Shown one piece after another: positions 1-10,685 of a DNA stretch of 24,360 bases. The position numbers and the translations under genes are program-made. Position 1 is the stretch's first letter. Every line of letters begins with the position of its first letter. The stretch comes from a virus (taxonomy: Duplodnaviria > Caudoviricetes): IMG/VR virus record IMGVR_UViG_3300017754_004644, positions 1 to 24,360 of that record; one strand, 5' to 3'. The notes under the pieces are model-generated. The model saw only the letters and a list, made by a program, of their open reading frames with translations, ran no database searches and was not told the DNA's origin.

Positions 1-1053
1 GGTAGATATATTACAACATCCAATAAATTTATTTCTGAATATACACCTGAAGGATTTTGTAAATTAACATTTGGTGGTGGAAATATTTCTGCCGAAGAAC
101 AATTAAGAGAATTTGCAAGAGACGGAAAAGGATTTGATATTGCAAGATATGCAAATAATTTAGGTTTGGGTAGTACATTAAAATCAAATAGTACTTTATT
201 TGTTCAATACAGAATAGGTGGTGGTGCTGGTAGTAATTTAGGTATTAATACTATAAATCAAATTGGTACTGTTTCATTTTCAGTTAACGGACCTTCAGCG
301 GCAATAAACACTTCAGTTGTTAATAGTTTAAGATGTAATAATGTTACCGCAGCAATTGGAGGGGCAAACGCACCAACTACTGAAGACGTAAGACAAATGG
401 TTTCATTTAATTTTGCGGCACAAAATAGAGCGGTTACGGTTAATGATTACGACTCAATAATTAGAACAATGCCATCAATATTTGGGGCACCCGCAAAAGT
501 TGCAATAACAGAAGAAAACAATAAGATAAAAATTAAAATGTTATCTTACGATACTAGTGGGAATTTAACTGACGTTATCTCAAACACATTAAAACAAAAC
601 GTAGCAAATTACCTTTCTAATTATAGAATGATCAATGACTACATTTCAATCGAAAGTGCACAACCTATCGATTTGGCGGTTGAATGTGATGTTGTTTTAG
701 ATAGTTCACAAAGTTCTGGAGCGGTAATTGCGAAAGTTATTGAAATAATATCAAATTATTTTAACCCATTAACAAGACAATTAGGTCAAAACGTTGTGGT
801 ATCTGAATTAAGAAGATTAATACAGGCTGAAAATGGTGTTATAAGTATTTCTGACATGAAATTTTTTAATTTAGTAGGTGGTCAATACTCTTCATTTGAA
901 ACTTCACAAACATATTCAGATGCAACAACACGTCAAATTGAATTATATGCTGACACTATATTTGCTGAACCATCACAAATATACCAAATTAGGTTCCCTA
1001 ACAAGGACATTACGGTAAGAGTTTTGAATTTAAAAACCGTAAGTTTTTCATAG
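1..1053 (+). CDS. Baseplate wedge subunit, T4 gp6 / baseplate J-like (5'-truncated)
   Basis: Frame 1 is open from base 1 (GRYITTSNKFISEYTPEGFCKLTFGGG...), so the TTG start at 166 in the ORF track is not the real start. Contains YRIGGGAGSN and GGANAPTTEDVRQ...FAAQNRAVTVNDY, matching the gp6/BplJ GGxxxE...R...QxRAVTxxDY signature. Ends TAG 1051-1053. Confidence 0.85.
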   Translation, partial: GRYITTSNKFISEYTPEGFCKLTFGGGNISAEEQLREFARDGKGFDIARYANNLGLGSTLKSNSTLFVQYRIGGGAGSNLGINTINQIGTVSFSVNGPSAAINTSVVNSLRCNNVTAAIGGANAPTTEDVRQMVSFNFAAQNRAVTVNDYDSIIRTMPSIFGAPAKVAITEENNKIKIKMLSYDTSGNLTDVISNTLKQNVANYLSNYRMINDYISIESAQPIDLAVECDVVLDSSQSSGAVIAKVIEIISNYFNPLTRQLGQNVVVSELRRLIQAENGVISISDMKFFNLVGGQYSSFETSQTYSDATTRQIELYADTIFAEPSQIYQIRFPNKDITVRVLNLKTVSFS

Positions 1054-1056
1054 TAA

Positions 1057-1110
1057 TTTATTTTTTGATTTTGAAACCTATTTTTTGAAAATAGGAAATA
1101 AACTATTTAT
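1057..1110 (+). promoter_or_regulatory. Intergenic regulatory region: 10-bp direct repeat, hairpin and putative late promoter TATTTAT
   Basis: TATTTTTTGA at 1059-1068 and 1079-1088; inverted repeat CCTATTTT-TTG-AAAATAGG at 1077-1095; TATTTAT at 1104-1110, 17 nt before ATG 1128. Confidence 0.55.
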
Positions 1111-1127
1111 CAAAAAAGAAAAATTTA

Positions 1128-4100
1128 ATGCCTAAATCATATAGAATAAGAACACAAGTCGGTGTTGATAAATATATCAATGTAGAGTTAGATCAAGATT
1201 TTGAATTTTTGGAAATTCTTTCATTGAAATTATTGTCTGAAGATGTCTACACAAGATTTTGTTCAGATTATGGAGTTGTTGTTGGTAGAGTTTTAGTTAA
1301 CAATGGTTTTGGAGTCCCTAATGCTAGAGTATCCGTATTCATTCCATTAGAGGAACAAGATCAGTTAAACCCAATAATTGCAGAATTATACCCATATCAA
1401 GATTTATCATCAAGAAATGAAGAAGGTTATAGATATAACCTTTTACCTAAAGACCCTTCTTATATTGGTCATCAGGCAACAGGAACATACCCAACAAGAG
1501 GAAATGCTTTAATGGATCAGTCATACATTGAGGTGTACGACAAATACTATAAATTTTCTGTGAAAACAAACGAAAGTGGGGACTTCATGATTTTTGGCGT
1601 ACCTCTTGGAGAACAAACCATAGTCATGGACGTTGACTTATCGGATATAGGATGTTTTTCACTTTCACCACAAGATTTGATTCAACAAGGAGTTGCGACA
1701 GAAGATCAAGTAGATGGTGCAAGTTTTAAAACTTCAACTAATTTAGATTCTTTACCACAAATAGTTAATTTAAATTTTAATGTCGATGTAAGACCTTTAT
1801 GGGGTGATTTAGATGTGTGTCAAGTTGGTATAACTAGAGTTGATTTTGATCTTACTAAATTGGCGAATATAAAAATAGAACCTTCAGCCGTTTTCATGGG
1901 ATCGATAGTGTCAACAACAAATGATGATGCATTAAAAATTAGTTGTAAACCAAAAAACAATACAGGAAACTTATGTGAATTGATTGCCGGTGAAGGACAA
2001 ATAATGTCAATCAGACAAACTGTAAACACAGATGATGATGGATACCCAATTTTGGAACAATATAATTTAGAAAATGATGGTAAAATAATTGATGGTGACG
2101 GATCATTTTTAACTAATCTACCAATGAACTTAGATTATGTTGTAACAAATGAATTTGGGGAACAAATAATATCAAATGACCCAACAAAAGGTATACCAAC
2201 AAAAGGAAAATACAGATTTAAATTTAAGTGGGTTAATAAAGAACAAAATTTAACTTTATCTGATGTCCAAAAAGAAATTGATAAACAGATAAATAAAGTA
2301 AAAAAAGAAGTCGGTATTAAGGAACAAGACTACAGCGGTAATTTCCAAAGAGCTCATTTTTTAGTACCAAACATTAAAGAGTATGGGTGGTCAACTTACG
2401 ATAAAGATCCTTTAGAAAAGAAAAAACCAACAACATTTTCTTATCAAATTTCGGCAAATAATAACATTGGACCCACGCAGATTATCGGACCTTCAGTATT
2501 ACAATTTGTGAGTGCCCCTAATACATCTTCATATATCATCTATTTAAATGGTCAACAATATTTTGGTGATCCTAATACAATATCTTTACCCGGTGTTACT
2601 TCATTTTATATTGATGGTACCGCAATAGATCCTAATCAAACACAAGATTTTACTTATACCGAATATCCTGAAGAATTATATTACTTATTTGCATCATATG
2701 CTTTCTCACTTGATTGGAATGATTACGGTAATACACAGATGGTACAAGAGGCAATTGATTGTGAGGACAGATTCTATGAATTTAATTATAACAAAGTCTA
2801 TACCACAGCAATGTTCCTTGACAGATATAAAAATGGTATCGGTAGAGCAAAACATTTAGGTATAAAAGAAATAGATGATAGAAGTTGTGCCTCAACAAAT
2901 AATACTTTTCCTGTAAATGATATTATCAGAAACTTTGACCCAATATTTTTTGTTTTTAACATATTCACAAATATTTTAATATATCCACTATTAACACTAT
3001 TATACGTTACACATTTTGTGGCATTTATTTGGCCAATATTAAAATGGGTATTATTATTTTTAGGTATTAGATGGACGGTTAATTCAATACAAGATTCTGC
3101 GGTCGCTATTGATACTGCGGCTGAAGCCGTTAATGACTTATTAAGTCTTGTTTCATTCACATTGGCAGGACCTGTCATTGATCCAGGTCTTACACCTGAA
3201 TTAATAAAGGATACTTTAGCTGCGGTCAGAGACGCCGCATATGCGATTGCTAGTGTTGCTTCCGCAGTAGTGTTCACGGCATTTATTACTAATGCAATAT
3301 TTGATTTTACAACAGGTACATTTAGAAGATTAAGAATACCAAGATTAGGATTCCCAATGATAACATACAATGATTGTACAACATGTGAATGCGAATGTAA
3401 TACTGCAGAATTAGATGACGACGTAACACCACAGTCAATCCAAGATGAAATAGACCAACAAATCGCTAATTCAGGTGCTGGATCTAGCTTGGAATTGGCA
3501 ACACCAAATAGTTTTTTAGCTCCTGTAAATTCACCAGGATCTTACAACATTAGTCACCCAAATTTAAACCAAAACCCAATAGACTCAAACGACCCTGATG
3601 ATGGGTATTTTTCTTGTGGTGGATTAATTAACGATTTTCAGTCTTTTTCTTATACTTTACAACAACAAGATGTTGAACCTGAAGTTGTTGTAAGGGCTAA
3701 TTTTGATTTTTTAAGAATCTTTTCGGGGTACGACATTATAAACTCAACCGAGCCTATAAAATTAACAACACAAGAAAAATATCTTTTACACGCACCACAA
3801 CCATTCCTTTGGTCTGCAGGAAAAACATCAGGTATAAACAGAAGGTGGTTCGCATTTCCAACAACAGTTACGTATCCACAAAAATTAAATGATTTTAATA
3901 CTCGCGATAAGTATTTTGCAAATGCGGGAACCGGTATTGGACCAAATAGAGTTAAAATAAATGTTAACAACTCACCCAATAGTTTTTACGATCAAGTAAT
4001 TGTTGTTTTGGCAAATCCTGGAACATCCGCTTATTTGGGGACAGGGCAATTATTCTCGTTCCAAGACCCCGCATTATCAAATTCATTTGTTAATTTAACA

Positions 4101-6905
4101 GGTGCGTCATTTAATCAATTTCAAACAAACTCAATTACAGGTGTTACATTTACAGGACAAACAACCATAAATGTTGGATATGGTAACTTTAATAATATTA
4201 ACGCCACCTCAAATTTATTTGCTCAAGTTGTTATAACAGGACAAACTGAAACATCGATACCTTCTTCAGTCGCGGGAGTACCTGGAGTTTACGGGTATGA
4301 AGAAAATTATTTAAAATACCCGACAGATATTGAATACTTCCAAGTTATTACAGGTATGACTGTAGGGACTTTTCTTTCTATGTCAAATAATACCACACCT
4401 GGTTTATTCCCTAATGAATATTTGTTACATAGAATAAAATATGTAACACCTGAATGTGGTATACTACCTGGATATGGAGGATCCGAGTATAATATTAGAA
4501 CAACTTCACCGGCATTACAATATATGGCAGGATATCAAAACTATGAATTGGTAATAATGATTCGTGGAGTCGATCCTCACACACAAAGACAAAATATTTC
4601 ATATGATTTATCTAGAATATTTGGAAATACTTCTTTTGGGTCTAACCAAAATTTAATTGTTAGTGGCGATTATTTTATAAATGTACCAATACAATCATAC
4701 CCAACTACACCAAGAAAACCTAAATCACATGTTACAGGAAATAATCAAGGACATAATCTATATTTTAACTCTTACTCATTCCAAGTAAGTGGACCGACCG
4801 CGACTAACCCAAATTTTACGGCATTTACATCTACATTACCGTACTATTATATTGCAACAGATGATTCATTATATGTTGGTTATAGTCCAGCACCATTCTT
4901 CACGTCAAACTCTAACTTTTTGGCGTCAAATACAAACCCATTAGTTTTCCCTGGCACTAATAGACTACCTTATTACCAATTCTCAATAAACCCACCACAA
5001 CCAACAACTACAGGTGCTGGTGGTGGAGCATATTTGGCTTCAAATAATAGTTTAAATTTAATCGGTATAACCTCCACAAACAATCCATTCTATTATTTAG
5101 CACAAAATCAAGATGATTATTATTTGAATAGCCCACCAAATGCCAATTTTAACCGACTTTATGGTTTATATTCACCAGCCTATTATCGAAACACTTCATT
5201 AACACCTGTTAACTTTATTAATAGAAACAGAATTGTAATGAGAAGTGATAGGATCCCAACCTCAACAAGAGTTGAAAATGGATTAGAAGGTAATACGGGA
5301 TATGGGTTACATCAAAACAATAATTTCACATATTATAATGCAAATGGTGAACAAGCACCTGAAATAATACAGGCAGGATTTGACACGATAGATGGATCAC
5401 AAGCAGATTTGGATCCAATAACATCAGGACTAACAGAAACATTACAATGTGAAACTATGGTTTCATTACAATGTTATTCAGGTAGTGGTACAAATATAGG
5501 AATTATTCCTGCTGATTTATGTCCTATGCCGCCTGACAGGGTTGTTAATGGCTGTTATTGTTTATTAAACAAAGGTGATGAAGTCGCACAAAAAAGATGG
5601 TATTTAATTGGGGATGCATTCAAATACGACTCAGCACTTCTTTTAGAATGGAAAGTAAGATTTACATTAAACTTTGCTGCGTGTAGAGGAGTCTTCTCCC
5701 AAACATTCCAAAACAATTGGGTTAATGGTGTATTGTACATGTTTTCATTTAATACAAGAAAATTATTTGGTTTGGATCCAAATAATCCTAATTATACATC
5801 AAGAAAATTTTATAAATCTTATTGTGATGATGTGATAGTATACAATGATATTACAAATAATTTCTATTATAGATCTTCACCTTGGAATGAAACAGATCAA
5901 GAATTCATTGGTAAAGAATCACCAAACACTAGTGGGTTTATTCCTGCCTTGTTAAACTTCCCTGGTGCCGCTTATAACGTTAAACAAATACAATTCCCAA
6001 CTACAGTTGTTGATTTAGGACCAAGAGATCTTTTTATAAATGAGATTTGTGCAAATCCTGCATTTGGAAGTTACTACGCTAATCAAATGACACCAACATC
6101 TTACCAAGATAATTCAGATTTACTTCAGTTATCATTCCTATCGAGAATATTGAATGAAAATTTTAGACAAAACATGGAACCTGGTATCTTTAACAATAAT
6201 GTTAAAGAGGGTGTGGGTATAACTCAATTTTTTGATAATGATAGAAAAGGTCAAAGAATTGATGGTGATATTGCTCAAATGATGTCTATTAATTCTGAGT
6301 GGAAAGTAACACCATTTATTAGTGAAAATTTAGCAGGACTACCAAATGCAAATTCCTACATCTACTTCAATAACCAAGGAGGTAACAACAACCCAAATAA
6401 ACCTGTATTTGGTGTTTTCTTCTCGTCTACAACACAAGAATTCAGATATAGAAGAATAATGTCACCTGGTATTGAAACATTTAATCAATCTCCATTAATC
6501 CAACAATCATTTGGGTATCCAAAAGCTCAATTTGTACCAAATTACAAATGGTATATTAATACTGGATCAAGTATTTTTGGGAATGAAAATAACAATTGGT
6601 ATACTGATAGTGTAAATAGTCAGTTAGGATTCTTCCAAAAAAAATATCAGGATGTTGATTTTGACACTCCATTTGAAAAATATAGAACCTCAACAACTAA
6701 ATTTGGATTCATATCTAACTTTACTGCGGGTTCTCCACAACAACCAAACCCATCACCAAACAACGTACTACAAGGAGTACCAAGTTCAGTTGTAACTCCA
6801 ATGTCAATTGTGGTTGTTGGGGCACCATATCATTTTTACTTTGGTTTAGTAAATGGTAATACTGCGGTTGACAAATTTTATAAACTTTATGTTGCTGATT
6901 ATTAA
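1128..6905 (+). CDS. Very large putative virion/baseplate-associated protein (1925 aa) with N-terminal carboxypeptidase-regulatory-like (transthyretin-like) beta domain and internal hydrophobic helices
   Basis: Long uninterrupted ORF directly after the gp6-like gene. GVVVGRVLVNNGFGVPNARVSVF...KTNESGDFMIFGVPLGEQTIVMDVD resembles the CarboxypepD_reg-like fold. Hydrophobic stretches at about aa 603-649 and 703-727 are followed by CTTCECEC. Function inferred from context only. Confidence 0.6.
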   Translation: MPKSYRIRTQVGVDKYINVELDQDFEFLEILSLKLLSEDVYTRFCSDYGVVVGRVLVNNGFGVPNARVSVFIPLEEQDQLNPIIAELYPYQDLSSRNEEGYRYNLLPKDPSYIGHQATGTYPTRGNALMDQSYIEVYDKYYKFSVKTNESGDFMIFGVPLGEQTIVMDVDLSDIGCFSLSPQDLIQQGVATEDQVDGASFKTSTNLDSLPQIVNLNFNVDVRPLWGDLDVCQVGITRVDFDLTKLANIKIEPSAVFMGSIVSTTNDDALKISCKPKNNTGNLCELIAGEGQIMSIRQTVNTDDDGYPILEQYNLENDGKIIDGDGSFLTNLPMNLDYVVTNEFGEQIISNDPTKGIPTKGKYRFKFKWVNKEQNLTLSDVQKEIDKQINKVKKEVGIKEQDYSGNFQRAHFLVPNIKEYGWSTYDKDPLEKKKPTTFSYQISANNNIGPTQIIGPSVLQFVSAPNTSSYIIYLNGQQYFGDPNTISLPGVTSFYIDGTAIDPNQTQDFTYTEYPEELYYLFASYAFSLDWNDYGNTQMVQEAIDCEDRFYEFNYNKVYTTAMFLDRYKNGIGRAKHLGIKEIDDRSCASTNNTFPVNDIIRNFDPIFFVFNIFTNILIYPLLTLLYVTHFVAFIWPILKWVLLFLGIRWTVNSIQDSAVAIDTAAEAVNDLLSLVSFTLAGPVIDPGLTPELIKDTLAAVRDAAYAIASVASAVVFTAFITNAIFDFTTGTFRRLRIPRLGFPMITYNDCTTCECECNTAELDDDVTPQSIQDEIDQQIANSGAGSSLELATPNSFLAPVNSPGSYNISHPNLNQNPIDSNDPDDGYFSCGGLINDFQSFSYTLQQQDVEPEVVVRANFDFLRIFSGYDIINSTEPIKLTTQEKYLLHAPQPFLWSAGKTSGINRRWFAFPTTVTYPQKLNDFNTRDKYFANAGTGIGPNRVKINVNNSPNSFYDQVIVVLANPGTSAYLGTGQLFSFQDPALSNSFVNLTGASFNQFQTNSITGVTFTGQTTINVGYGNFNNINATSNLFAQVVITGQTETSIPSSVAGVPGVYGYEENYLKYPTDIEYFQVITGMTVGTFLSMSNNTTPGLFPNEYLLHRIKYVTPECGILPGYGGSEYNIRTTSPALQYMAGYQNYELVIMIRGVDPHTQRQNISYDLSRIFGNTSFGSNQNLIVSGDYFINVPIQSYPTTPRKPKSHVTGNNQGHNLYFNSYSFQVSGPTATNPNFTAFTSTLPYYYIATDDSLYVGYSPAPFFTSNSNFLASNTNPLVFPGTNRLPYYQFSINPPQPTTTGAGGGAYLASNNSLNLIGITSTNNPFYYLAQNQDDYYLNSPPNANFNRLYGLYSPAYYRNTSLTPVNFINRNRIVMRSDRIPTSTRVENGLEGNTGYGLHQNNNFTYYNANGEQAPEIIQAGFDTIDGSQADLDPITSGLTETLQCETMVSLQCYSGSGTNIGIIPADLCPMPPDRVVNGCYCLLNKGDEVAQKRWYLIGDAFKYDSALLLEWKVRFTLNFAACRGVFSQTFQNNWVNGVLYMFSFNTRKLFGLDPNNPNYTSRKFYKSYCDDVIVYNDITNNFYYRSSPWNETDQEFIGKESPNTSGFIPALLNFPGAAYNVKQIQFPTTVVDLGPRDLFINEICANPAFGSYYANQMTPTSYQDNSDLLQLSFLSRILNENFRQNMEPGIFNNNVKEGVGITQFFDNDRKGQRIDGDIAQMMSINSEWKVTPFISENLAGLPNANSYIYFNNQGGNNNPNKPVFGVFFSSTTQEFRYRRIMSPGIETFNQSPLIQQSFGYPKAQFVPNYKWYINTGSSIFGNENNNWYTDSVNSQLGFFQKKYQDVDFDTPFEKYRTSTTKFGFISNFTAGSPQQPNPSPNNVLQGVPSSVVTPMSIVVVGAPYHFYFGLVNGNTAVDKFYKLYVADY

Positions 6906-8683
6906 TGTACGACGAAACAACAAATATAATTTTAGGTAATCAAAGATACAAAGGAGCGATCAATGTTGATGGTTTTGTAAATATACCTTTAGAACAAAGT
7001 ACAAAACTTATTAATGAGTACGATAGGTCTATAAATGTGAATCAAGAAGATCTTTTTGATGAAGAAAGACAACAATCGACAATATTTAGACCTGTATGTA
7101 AGTATACGATTGTTTTTGATAATGCATTAACAGGATCAACTACATACATACCATTTAGAAATAATTTGTACTATACAAATGAATTACAAAATACCATAAC
7201 GGCATTCCCAAATGGAAATATTGGACAATCAGCATTACCAACACCTTGGGACGGTTTTCCGCAATACTTTGAGTTTGATTTCATAAGAACTGATAGAGAT
7301 GTTGTTGGATATACGTCACCACCAAATAACCACATAGACTTCAAACCTTTAAGTGCGTCAACCTATAATTGGACTCACTACATGAGTTATCCTTTTGAAA
7401 ATGATTATAACAAGAATTTAAATTTGGTTGACCCAAAAACTAATAAGACTTGGTCTTGGATTGCTTCTGACGGGATACCTTTTGTAATTGAGGTTGGTTC
7501 TGATCAGATCACAAGATTTATAAGATTCTATTGTCCTATACCACATGGACTTACAGCAGGTGAATATGTTGAATTAACATTAACGTACAACGGACAAAAA
7601 TATTTTCAAGTTGCAAATTTAGGTACAACAGGATTTGACTCAAACGAGTATTATTTTAATGTTTCAAATGTAGGATATACGGGAACAACCTTTGTAACTG
7701 GAACTCAAGGGTTTATGAAGAGAGTTATAAATATCAATAATATAAGTGAAACCAAAAGTGAGTACTATATTAGAAGACATAAAATAATAACCGATGTCCA
7801 ATGTTCTGTTTTAGTGAATGCAGGATTTGAGCAAAATGCTTTTAATACAACAACTAAATTCGAACAAGAAGCTTTAACACCAACTCAAGTTGCCAGATCT
7901 TCCGTAAAAAACGCTAGTAGATCATACACTTTAAGTTTTAATTGTGATGTTGACATACAACCACTTAGAGATAATCAAAAAAGACCTTTAACACAATTAT
8001 TTTTTACCACATTGTGGAGAGGTTATTTTGGTTGGACCAGAAATATGAAACAAGGTTGGTTTTTTAACACTTACTTATTAAGTGGGGCGACCTCAAGTTG
8101 GTGGGATCAATCAAATCCATTATCTAATACTAATATACCCCAATTACAATACAATAGTTTGTATTTTAACACAGGACCATTTTTTTATAATAAAACCTTA
8201 ACTAGTGGTGATACTATGGATGGGGATTTTTGTGAATGGAATAATTATGATCAAAACGAAAGAGTTATTTCTGAATATAGACATAAAATAAAATTCAATA
8301 CAAATTATTTTTATCAATCAACAGGACAACCACCAACTAACGAATACGGTTATTATTATGATCCACACTCACCAATACAGATAAGAGAATTCTCAAGTTA
8401 TATTGAAGAAGGTAACGAATCTGTTGTTGGAATTCCTGATTATGCATACTTTTCTCAATTATCAAATAGTTTTAGATGGAGAGATTTATTACCATATGGG
8501 TTTATTGATGAAGACTTTAATGGGACTGACTACCCATTTTTGAATGGTAAACATTATCCGTATACCAATATTGTTTTTAGAATAACACCTGAAAATTATA
8601 ATGTTGCAAGTGAATACTCACAAGGTATTTTAAGTCCAGACATAACACAAATAGAAGACCCAATAGTAGATGAATGTGAATAA
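6905..8683 (+). CDS. Hypothetical phage structural protein (592 aa)
   Basis: Long ORF translationally coupled to the upstream gene (TAATG at 6903-6907); aromatic/Thr/Asn-rich composition like its neighbours; no family recognised. Confidence 0.6.
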   Translation: MYDETTNIILGNQRYKGAINVDGFVNIPLEQSTKLINEYDRSINVNQEDLFDEERQQSTIFRPVCKYTIVFDNALTGSTTYIPFRNNLYYTNELQNTITAFPNGNIGQSALPTPWDGFPQYFEFDFIRTDRDVVGYTSPPNNHIDFKPLSASTYNWTHYMSYPFENDYNKNLNLVDPKTNKTWSWIASDGIPFVIEVGSDQITRFIRFYCPIPHGLTAGEYVELTLTYNGQKYFQVANLGTTGFDSNEYYFNVSNVGYTGTTFVTGTQGFMKRVININNISETKSEYYIRRHKIITDVQCSVLVNAGFEQNAFNTTTKFEQEALTPTQVARSSVKNASRSYTLSFNCDVDIQPLRDNQKRPLTQLFFTTLWRGYFGWTRNMKQGWFFNTYLLSGATSSWWDQSNPLSNTNIPQLQYNSLYFNTGPFFYNKTLTSGDTMDGDFCEWNNYDQNERVISEYRHKIKFNTNYFYQSTGQPPTNEYGYYYDPHSPIQIREFSSYIEEGNESVVGIPDYAYFSQLSNSFRWRDLLPYGFIDEDFNGTDYPFLNGKHYPYTNIVFRITPENYNVASEYSQGILSPDITQIEDPIVDECE

Positions 8684-9479
8684 AGTTAAAATATTAAGAT
8701 CTGACTTAGATAGTTACCTAAATGTTCCTGTTGAAATGACGTGGGATTTTTCAGGTAGAGATCAGGCAATTGAGGAGTATGAAACGACCGTATTGAAAGA
8801 AATATTAGGTCAAGCAAAAGACTTTGAAATAATTAGATTTGCCCACAAACCTTATCAGAATGAAAAAACATCAATTAATTATGAATTTAATTTTTATGAT
8901 AATCTTTCACCGGTATCGGCAAACACAGTAACCTCAGCTAATTGGGGGTCGACATACATCAATGAAGGATTTACAATACCTGAAGTTTATTACTACGCAA
9001 ACTCATTTCAAAAATCATTCTTCAAATTAGATTTTTATGACACAACAAATGAAAGTAATCAGAAAAACTATTTTACAATAATTCTACCCGTACAACAAGG
9101 ATTTTTCCAAAATGTACCATTGGGACCACAAATCCCAAATGTGGACATTAGAATCCCAACATTTCAATTGGACTATTTGGGAGATAAAGAAGGGTTCTTT
9201 ATTTATTGGTTAAGAAATAGAGACTATATCAATATTGATACATTCTATATGAGTGCGAAATTTTTTGATGGTAAGTTAGGTGTGTTTGTTAGGATGACCA
9301 ATACACCCCAACCACAGATCTCACCTAGTAAATTCACATTTAACGGAGCTGATTATTTTTATTATAGAGTAAAACTGAACTATCCTGATTTTAATTACGA
9401 AGTAACAAAAGTTTCTAATTTACTCAGAATAGGGGATCCTGCAAACCCCATAAAATGGTATGAATATGTTAACCCATAA
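8670..9479 (+). CDS. Hypothetical phage structural protein (269 aa)
   Basis: ORF overlapping the upstream gene by 14 nt; aromatic-rich beta-type sequence (FFKLDFYDT, FYMSAKFFDG); no family recognised. Confidence 0.6.
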   Translation: MNVNKVKILRSDLDSYLNVPVEMTWDFSGRDQAIEEYETTVLKEILGQAKDFEIIRFAHKPYQNEKTSINYEFNFYDNLSPVSANTVTSANWGSTYINEGFTIPEVYYYANSFQKSFFKLDFYDTTNESNQKNYFTIILPVQQGFFQNVPLGPQIPNVDIRIPTFQLDYLGDKEGFFIYWLRNRDYINIDTFYMSAKFFDGKLGVFVRMTNTPQPQISPSKFTFNGADYFYYRVKLNYPDFNYEVTKVSNLLRIGDPANPIKWYEYVNP

Positions 9480-10660
9480 TGAACACACAATATTATAAAT
9501 TTGTTGTATCACCTGAAAACATAATAGGTGATTTAATAACGGTTCCTTTCACGGGTGAAACTGATATTACCACATATATTGATCCTTGTTGCCCAATAAC
9601 AGCACAAACAATATCGACATTAACAGGTACCACAGGATATTATTTACCTATGCGTGAAGTATTGTCGGGTGGAACGGCAGGGGATTCTATATTGACTGGA
9701 TTATCAGTCAATCTATTACTCGTCCAAAATACAGTTGATATTGGATATTACTCAGTTTTTGATGGAGCTATATTACAAAAAGAAGTAATGACTAACTTTT
9801 TGTTTAGTGCCGATACAATAACAGATCCATTAGGTTATTCATTTTATTTTTATAACACTTCCGACTTAGAGTTTGCTAAGTTTTTACAGCAAGTGAATTA
9901 TGTTGTTGATTGGGGTGATGGGTCACCACAACAACCAATATCAAGTCCGCTTCCTTTATTTCACCAATATCCTTCAGGTAATAATGTTTATACAATAACA
10001 TTAACTTCTTATTCTCCATGGGGTATATCTTATGTTGAAAAAGATGTTGTTGTACCATTTACTGGCACCACAATCCCAAACCCAAACGGAACTGCATTCT
10101 TTGTACCTGCAAGTGGAGGTTGGGCTGCGACACCTATAAGTTATGATTATATTTTTAGCGGTGACTCAAATACTAATATAAATGATTTCTATAGTTACAA
10201 TTACACTACAATACCTTTTATTATTACAGGATATACTGAATCATCAATAAATGAATTAGTACAATATGGTCCTGTTAATAGTTTAATTGGTGGTAAGTAT
10301 GTTTATGGTCCTGTCACAGGAAGTACGGGACAAGTTGGTGAATTTATTGGACCAGATCCTACAGGTATTTACACGGCATATACTTTAGGTAATATAACTT
10401 ACTATGATTACGAAGATTTTACAATTTATGTAGTCGATTCTTCTGGTTTTACACAAAATGATTTAATATTAAGTGCGATAACAAAAAACGAGGCTTTACT
10501 AAACGTAGTTGATGAACTACAAGTTTTATCTGACGTTTACATTGAAAGAGGTGTTTATGCACCTTTAGAAAGTGTAATGAGATTAGGTGAAGTTGATAAC
10601 GTCGGAGACTTAGAAAAATACGGATATGGATTTTTCAATGTAGAAAAAGTGGCTACATAA
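9479..10660 (+). CDS. Putative virion protein with PKD-like Ig domain (393 aa)
   Basis: YVVDWGDGS...FHQYPSGNNVYTITLTSYSPWG (nt ~9900-10050) matches the PKD WDFGDG...HxY...YxVxLT pattern; TAATG coupling at 9477-9481. Confidence 0.65.
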   Translation: MNTQYYKFVVSPENIIGDLITVPFTGETDITTYIDPCCPITAQTISTLTGTTGYYLPMREVLSGGTAGDSILTGLSVNLLLVQNTVDIGYYSVFDGAILQKEVMTNFLFSADTITDPLGYSFYFYNTSDLEFAKFLQQVNYVVDWGDGSPQQPISSPLPLFHQYPSGNNVYTITLTSYSPWGISYVEKDVVVPFTGTTIPNPNGTAFFVPASGGWAATPISYDYIFSGDSNTNINDFYSYNYTTIPFIITGYTESSINELVQYGPVNSLIGGKYVYGPVTGSTGQVGEFIGPDPTGIYTAYTLGNITYYDYEDFTIYVVDSSGFTQNDLILSAITKNEALLNVVDELQVLSDVYIERGVYAPLESVMRLGEVDNVGDLEKYGYGFFNVEKVAT

Positions 10661-10661
10661 C

Positions 10662-10668
10662 TATTTAT
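10662..10668 (+). promoter_or_regulatory. Putative late promoter TATTTAT
   Basis: AACTATTTATAAAAAAGA context nearly identical to 1101-1119; again 17 nt before the ATG (10686). Confidence 0.6.
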
Positions 10669-10685
10669 AAAAAAGATAAAAAAAT

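Noticed and set aside
1820-5740. Minus-strand ORFs 1820-2029, 2798-3370, 3650-3979 and 5555-5740
   Set aside because: Entirely antisense to the 1925-aa gene with no recognisable motifs; typical shadow ORFs. The 190-aa one mirrors the Ala/hydrophobic-rich segment.
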